Part shown: piece by piece, positions 54,878 through 59,394 of the stretch
Layout: every line of letters starts with the position of its first letter
Position numbering within the stretch: the first letter of the stretch is position 1
Assembly: GCA_017398585.1 (NCBI GenBank)
Contig: JAFQFS010000087.1
Location: 1 to 59,394, forward strand
Reading direction: 5' to 3'
From: Clostridia bacterium
GTDB taxonomy: Bacteria > Bacillota > Clostridia > Oscillospirales > CAG-272
DNA: 59,394 nt
Notes under the pieces: model-generated
Seen by the model: only the letters and a program-made list of their open reading frames with translations
Database searches by the model: none
Told to the model about the DNA's origin: nothing
Position numbers and translations under genes: made by a program

Positions 54878-56590
54878 ATGCAGAATTTCAAATATATCAC
54901 CGCAAAAAAAATCAGTGAAGCCATCGGTGCGCTCGTTCCGGACGCCGGATTCACCGTGGAAGACATCGTGACTATGCTCGAATATCCCCCGGATACGTCG
55001 ATGGGTGACGTTGCGTTCCCGTGCTTCCGTCTCTCGAAGCTCATGCGTATGGCTCCTCCGAAAATTGCGTCGGCACTGGCGGAAAAAACCGCAGACTTTG
55101 AAGCCGGCACGTCCCAGGCAGTCGGCGGCTATCTGAACTTCAAGATTTCCGACGGTTACCTCGCCGGACATGTTCTCACCGAAATCGAAGAAAAGGGTGA
55201 GAAATTCGGTTCCAGCAACATCGGGGAAGGCAAGACCGTCGTTCTTGACTACTGTTCTCCGAATCTGATGAAGCCCTTCCATATCGGTCATCTCGGTACG
55301 ACCGTCATCGGTCATTCCCTCAAGCTGCTTCACCAGTTCGTGGGCTATAACTGTGTCGGGATCAACTACCTCGGCGACTGGGGTACCCAGTTCGGCAAGC
55401 AGATCGCCGCATACAAGAAGTGGGGCGACCGCGAAACCATCGAAAAGGGCGGCGTTGACGAACTCGTAAAGCTGTACGTCCGCTACAACAACGAATGCGA
55501 AGACAACGACGCACTCAAGGACGAAGCAAGAGCCGAATTCCATAAGCTCGAAGAGGGCGACGAAGAAAACCTCGCTCTCTGGAAATGGTTCGTGGAAGTT
55601 TCTTTTGAGGAATGTAAGAAGACCTGCGACCTTCTCGGCGTTACCTTCGACTCCTTCAAGGGCGAATCCTTCTATACTGACAAAATGCCCGCACAGGTCG
55701 AAAAGCTCCGCGAAACCGGTCTTCTGAAGATGGATGAAGGTGCTTCCATTGTCGATCTGTCGGACTACAATATGCCGCCGTGCCTCATCCTCAAGAAGGA
55801 CGGATCCACTCTGTATCCCACCCGTGACATTGCCGCTGCCGTATATCGCAAGAATACCTACGATTTCGACAAGTGCATCTACGTCACCTCTTCCGCACAG
55901 AGCCTCCACTTTGCACAGTGGTTCAAGGTTGTGGAACTGATGGGCTACGACTGGAGCGACAAGCTGGTTCACGTACCTTACGGTACCGTATCCATCGACG
56001 GCGCAAAGCTCGCAACCCGTACCGGTAACGTGGTTCTTCTCCGTGACCTGTTCCGCCTGTCCATCGAAAAGGTCAGCGAAATCATGAATGAAAAGAGCCC
56101 CGATCTCGAAAACCGCGAAGCGGTAGCGGAAGCAGTCGGGATTGGCGCAATCGTATTCAATTATCTGTATAACAGCCGTATCAAGGACATCAACTTCACG
56201 CTCGAACAGGCGCTCAGCTTTGACGGAAGCACAGGTCCCTACGCGCAGTATACCTACGCGAGAACCTGCAGCATCCTCGAAAAGGCAGCGGGCGTGGTCA
56301 GTGAAGGTGAAGGAAAGCTGACGAGCGAAAGTGAAGCAGCTCTCCTCAAGACGCTGTCCCGTTTCCCGGAAATCGTTGCTAACGCAATCGAAGAATACGA
56401 ACCTTCCAACATCACCCGCTACGTCATCGACGTATGTACCGCGTTCAACCGTTTCTATCGCGACTGCCCGATCCTCACGGCAGAGGAAGAAGAACAGCGC
56501 CAGTTCCGTGTCCGCCTCACCAAGGCAGCCAAGACGGTCCTCGGCACCGCACTTCACCTCATCTGCATGAAGACGCCGGAGAAGATTTAA
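54878..56590 (+). CDS. argS: Arginine--tRNA ligase
   Basis: SPNLMKPFHIGH, NYLGDWGTQFG, GSTGPYAQYTYAR, C-terminal PEKI. Confidence 0.96.
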   Translation: MQNFKYITAKKISEAIGALVPDAGFTVEDIVTMLEYPPDTSMGDVAFPCFRLSKLMRMAPPKIASALAEKTADFEAGTSQAVGGYLNFKISDGYLAGHVLTEIEEKGEKFGSSNIGEGKTVVLDYCSPNLMKPFHIGHLGTTVIGHSLKLLHQFVGYNCVGINYLGDWGTQFGKQIAAYKKWGDRETIEKGGVDELVKLYVRYNNECEDNDALKDEARAEFHKLEEGDEENLALWKWFVEVSFEECKKTCDLLGVTFDSFKGESFYTDKMPAQVEKLRETGLLKMDEGASIVDLSDYNMPPCLILKKDGSTLYPTRDIAAAVYRKNTYDFDKCIYVTSSAQSLHFAQWFKVVELMGYDWSDKLVHVPYGTVSIDGAKLATRTGNVVLLRDLFRLSIEKVSEIMNEKSPDLENREAVAEAVGIGAIVFNYLYNSRIKDINFTLEQALSFDGSTGPYAQYTYARTCSILEKAAGVVSEGEGKLTSESEAALLKTLSRFPEIVANAIEEYEPSNITRYVIDVCTAFNRFYRDCPILTAEEEEQRQFRVRLTKAAKTVLGTALHLICMKTPEKI

Positions 56591-56604
56591 ACTATAAAAA
56601 ATTC

Positions 56605-56790
56605 GGGGAAAACTTTTTTGGAAAAAAGTTTTCCCCAAGCCCCTTTCAAAAAACTTTATACGGGTATAGATACAAAGAACAGTGCAGATTTCTCGTTAGA
56701 TCTGCACAAAACTTTGTCCTTATATTTGTATAAAAGTTTTTGAAGGTGGGGTTTGGGGAGGGGACTTTTTCCAAAAAGTCCCCTCCCCAA
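56605..56790. repeat. Inverted doublet of the palindromic repeat (units 11 and 12), REPIN/MITE-like
   Basis: Hairpins at 56605-56636 and 56753-56790; inner GTGCAGA 56682-56688 and TCTGCAC 56701-56707. Confidence 0.9.
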
Positions 56791-56825
56791 TGAACCATAT
56801 TTTATTAGAATAAAGAGGTCTGAAA

Positions 56826-57563
56826 ATGTCTGGACACAGCAAATGGAATAATATCAAGAATAAGAAGGCAAAGACTGACGCGGCGAAGGGTAAGATCTTC
56901 ACCAGAATCGGTAAGGAAATCGCAATCTGCGTACGCGACGGCGGCGGCGATCCCAGCACCAACGGCAAGCTCCGTGACCTGATCGCAAAGGCAAAGTCGA
57001 ACAATGTTCCGAACGATAACATCGAACGTGCCATCAAGAAGGCGCTCGGTGCAGACTCTGTTCAGTACGAAGAAATCCGTTACGAAGGTTATGGCCCGGC
57101 AGGCGTTGCTGTTATCGTTGAAACCGCAACCGACAGCAAGAACCGTACCGCGTCCAACGTACGTCACTACTTCGACAAGTACGGCGGAAACCTCGGCGCA
57201 ACCGGCTGCGTATCCTATATGTTTGAAGATAAAGGCGTAATCATCCTTCTCCGTGAAGACAACGAAAACGCGGACGAAGATGAACTTATGGAAGCAGCTC
57301 TCGAAGCAGGCGCGGAAGACTTCTCCTCCGACGAAGACAGCTTCGAAATCACCACCGAACCGGGCGATGTCTACGCGATCCGCGAAGAACTCGAAAAGCT
57401 CGGCTACAAGGTTGAATCCGCAGAAGAAGACAAGATTCCGCAGAACTACATCACTCTCGACGATGAAGATGCGATCAAGAATATGAATCTTCTTCTTGAA
57501 CATCTGGACGACGACGACGACGTTCAGAACGTTTACCACAACTGGGAAAACTGCGAAGAATAA
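56826..57563 (+). CDS. yebC: YebC/PmpR family protein
   Basis: MSGHSKWNNIK, YEGYGPAG, DDVQNVYHN. Confidence 0.96.
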   Translation: MSGHSKWNNIKNKKAKTDAAKGKIFTRIGKEIAICVRDGGGDPSTNGKLRDLIAKAKSNNVPNDNIERAIKKALGADSVQYEEIRYEGYGPAGVAVIVETATDSKNRTASNVRHYFDKYGGNLGATGCVSYMFEDKGVIILLREDNENADEDELMEAALEAGAEDFSSDEDSFEITTEPGDVYAIREELEKLGYKVESAEEDKIPQNYITLDDEDAIKNMNLLLEHLDDDDDVQNVYHNWENCEE

Positions 57564-57577
57564 TTCAGGAAAACAGA

Positions 57578-57613
57578 AAAACTGCAGTTCCGCTGAAACG
57601 GAGCTGCAGTTTT
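57578..57613 (+). terminator. Intrinsic terminator after yebC
   Basis: AAAACTGCAGTTCCG..CGGAGCTGCAGTTTT. Confidence 0.75.
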
Positions 57614-57722
57614 ATCATTTTCATCGTTTCAAAATATTGCAACACATAATATTTTCACGATCGAGCAAATTATATAACACGTGCCTGTGTTATGACGCGA
57701 GCGAAAATCGGGAGAATATAAA

Positions 57723-58745
57723 ATGAAAAATAGATACAGAAAAACAGCAGCCCTGCTGGTCTCGCTGTGTGTGGTCTTTACGGCAGCACCGCCTGCCGCG
57801 GCGGAAGGAAAGATACCGGAGAGCGTGTGTGTCGGCGGTATGCCGTTCGGGGTCAAATTTTACTCACAGGGGATCCTGATTGTAGGATTTACAGAAATTG
57901 AAACGGAAAACGGCATCGAAACACCGGCTCAGGATGCTGGGCTGCAGATCAACGATATTATTACACATGTTAACGGAAACAACGTGGAGACGGCGGGAGA
58001 TTTTATCGGAATAGTGGAAAATGCGGCTGACACAATTGATGTGACCTACCTGCGCGGCGGCGATGAAAATACGGTTTCGTTTGTACCTTCCGTTGCGAAA
58101 GAAGACGGAAAACGAAAAACCGGTATGTGGATCCGCGATACAACGGCCGGAATCGGTACCGTGACGTACATTCTGCCCGACACCGGAGAGTTTGCCGGTC
58201 TCGGACACGGAATCTGTGATATGGAGAGCGGGGAACTGTTGGAGATGAAGCGCGGAACGGTGGTGGATGTCATGATATCGGGCGTAAACAAAGGAATATC
58301 CGGAACCCCGGGGGAACTGAAGGGATATTTTACTTCAGATAAATCCGGCGCTCTGCTCGGGAATACACCGTGCGGGGTGTACGGAGTTCTGTCGAATGTG
58401 CCGTGGGATAAAATCCCGGAAACGGCAGAGGTTGCAGAACAGAGAGAGATCCGTTCCGGCGAGGCGTATATCTGGTGTACCCTCGACGGCAACAGTCCGC
58501 AGAAATACTCGATCAATATTACCGATATCCGTCATGCGGTATCGGAAACCGACAACCGCTGTTTTTCGATCGAAGTAACGGATCAGGAGTTGCTGGAGAA
58601 AACCGGCGGGATTGTTCAGGGGATGTCGGGGTCACCGATCATCCAGGACGGTAAGCTCGTCGGTGCGGTTACCCATGTGCTTATCAATGACCCGACGAAG
58701 GGGTATGGGATTTTTATCGAAAATATGCTGGATGCGGCAGGGTAA
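57723..58745 (+). CDS. spoIVB: SpoIVB peptidase (S55) with PDZ domain
   Basis: GGMPFGVK, WIRDTTAGIGT, LGHGICD, GIVQGMSGSPIIQ, AVTHV. Confidence 0.94.
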   Translation: MKNRYRKTAALLVSLCVVFTAAPPAAAEGKIPESVCVGGMPFGVKFYSQGILIVGFTEIETENGIETPAQDAGLQINDIITHVNGNNVETAGDFIGIVENAADTIDVTYLRGGDENTVSFVPSVAKEDGKRKTGMWIRDTTAGIGTVTYILPDTGEFAGLGHGICDMESGELLEMKRGTVVDVMISGVNKGISGTPGELKGYFTSDKSGALLGNTPCGVYGVLSNVPWDKIPETAEVAEQREIRSGEAYIWCTLDGNSPQKYSINITDIRHAVSETDNRCFSIEVTDQELLEKTGGIVQGMSGSPIIQDGKLVGAVTHVLINDPTKGYGIFIENMLDAAG

Positions 58746-58749
58746 ACGT

Positions 58750-58777
58750 AAGCCGAGGTTTGTGAACCTCGGCTTTT
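58750..58777. terminator. Intrinsic terminator
   Basis: AAGCCGAGGTT-TGTG-AACCTCGGCTTTT. Confidence 0.75.
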
Positions 58778-58794
58778 GTATGTTATTTGACTGT

Positions 58795-59394
58795 CTACCA
58801 TGCACGGTGTCCCACAATGTATCCGCATCCGAATGCGAAAGATTCCATGCTCCATCGTTTCAGAACGTTGAATATGACAGCGGTTTCAATTCCTTTGGTG
58901 ATATTGAAATGATATTTTATTTGATTGTTTTCAGAAGAGACATCAATGAGGTGAATTGCATTCAGTTTTTCTATTGCATTTAATGTTTCGTCTTCCGTTA
59001 AATTGCAGGAAGTACAAATTTCCTCAAGTAAAAAATCATCACCATGCATATCAAAAGAACTATGCTGATGTTCCAGACCACCGATTGCTTTTTGACAGGC
59101 TTGGGAATACATGAAGGTAAGGACAATGCGTACATTGGGATCGCACAATTTTTTTATTGATGAAATTGTTTCCGCGCGATTGAATAATTCGGTTCCCTTT
59201 TGAATTTCAAAATCGGAAGCAACGAGGGACAGAGACTCAGAAATGAACGATGCACCGCCGGAAATATACGGAACAACACCGATTGTGTACGGGGCTTTCA
59301 TGGATGTTATATTTTCAGCAGTGTTTTCCAGCTTGACAAAATCGTTTAAATTTGGTGAATCAGAAAATAGGCGCTTGTATAAGTGCGTTTTTAT
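58795..59394 (-). CDS. Partial hypothetical protein (5' end outside window), possible C-terminal winged-helix
   Basis: Frame is open from ATG 59301 to the window edge (IKTHLYKRLFSD...); LEEICTSCNLTEDETLNAIEKL resembles an HTH; AT-rich. Confidence 0.55.
   Translation of the reverse strand: MKTHLYKRLFSDSPNLNDFVKLENTAENITSMKAPYTIGVVPYISGGASFISESLSLVASDFEIQKGTELFNRAETISSIKKLCDPNVRIVLTFMYSQACQKAIGGLEHQHSSFDMHGDDFLLEEICTSCNLTEDETLNAIEKLNAIHLIDVSSENNQIKYHFNITKGIETAVIFNVLKRWSMESFAFGCGYIVGHRAW

Noticed and set aside
57640-57722. Sigma-F/G promoter for spoIVB
   Set aside because: The best GG-A-AATA match overlaps the RBS, and I could not place a convincing -35/-10 pair.

Overview
This is a 59.4 kb chromosomal segment from a spore-forming Bacillota, most likely a Clostridia/Oscillospiraceae-like organism (inferred from gene content and sigma-A/T-box regulation). 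It is mostly housekeeping. Translation genes are T-box-leuS, prfB, argS and yebC. Amino-acid genes are asnA, an aspartokinase and serC-serA with DUF1015. Sporulation genes are ylbJ, yqfC-yqfD and spoIVB. It also carries phoH-ybeY-era-recO, mutS2, rhaB-rhaA, ispD-ispF, rpe-mgtE, prs, a surface-glycan cluster (O-antigen-ligase-like, WecA/TagO, two DUF4330), a BlaI/M56 pair and several orphan lipoproteins. I recognised no transposase, integrase, CRISPR array, rRNA or tRNA. The most striking unexplained signal is a dispersed intergenic repeat family with 12 units at 9 loci. Each unit has a GGGG..TTTTT-loop-AAAAA..CCCC hairpin with compensatory changes, a CCCC-TTT-CAAAAAC tail that mirrors the stem and partly co-varies with it (triplex geometry), and an optional CAAGT/ACTTG linker hairpin. 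In 8 of 12 units a GTGC(A/G)GA motif follows at a near-fixed 24-26 bp. Three loci are tail-to-tail doublets resembling REPINs/MITEs, and the hairpin end always abuts a gene end. All product calls come from motif recognition by eye, not database searches.
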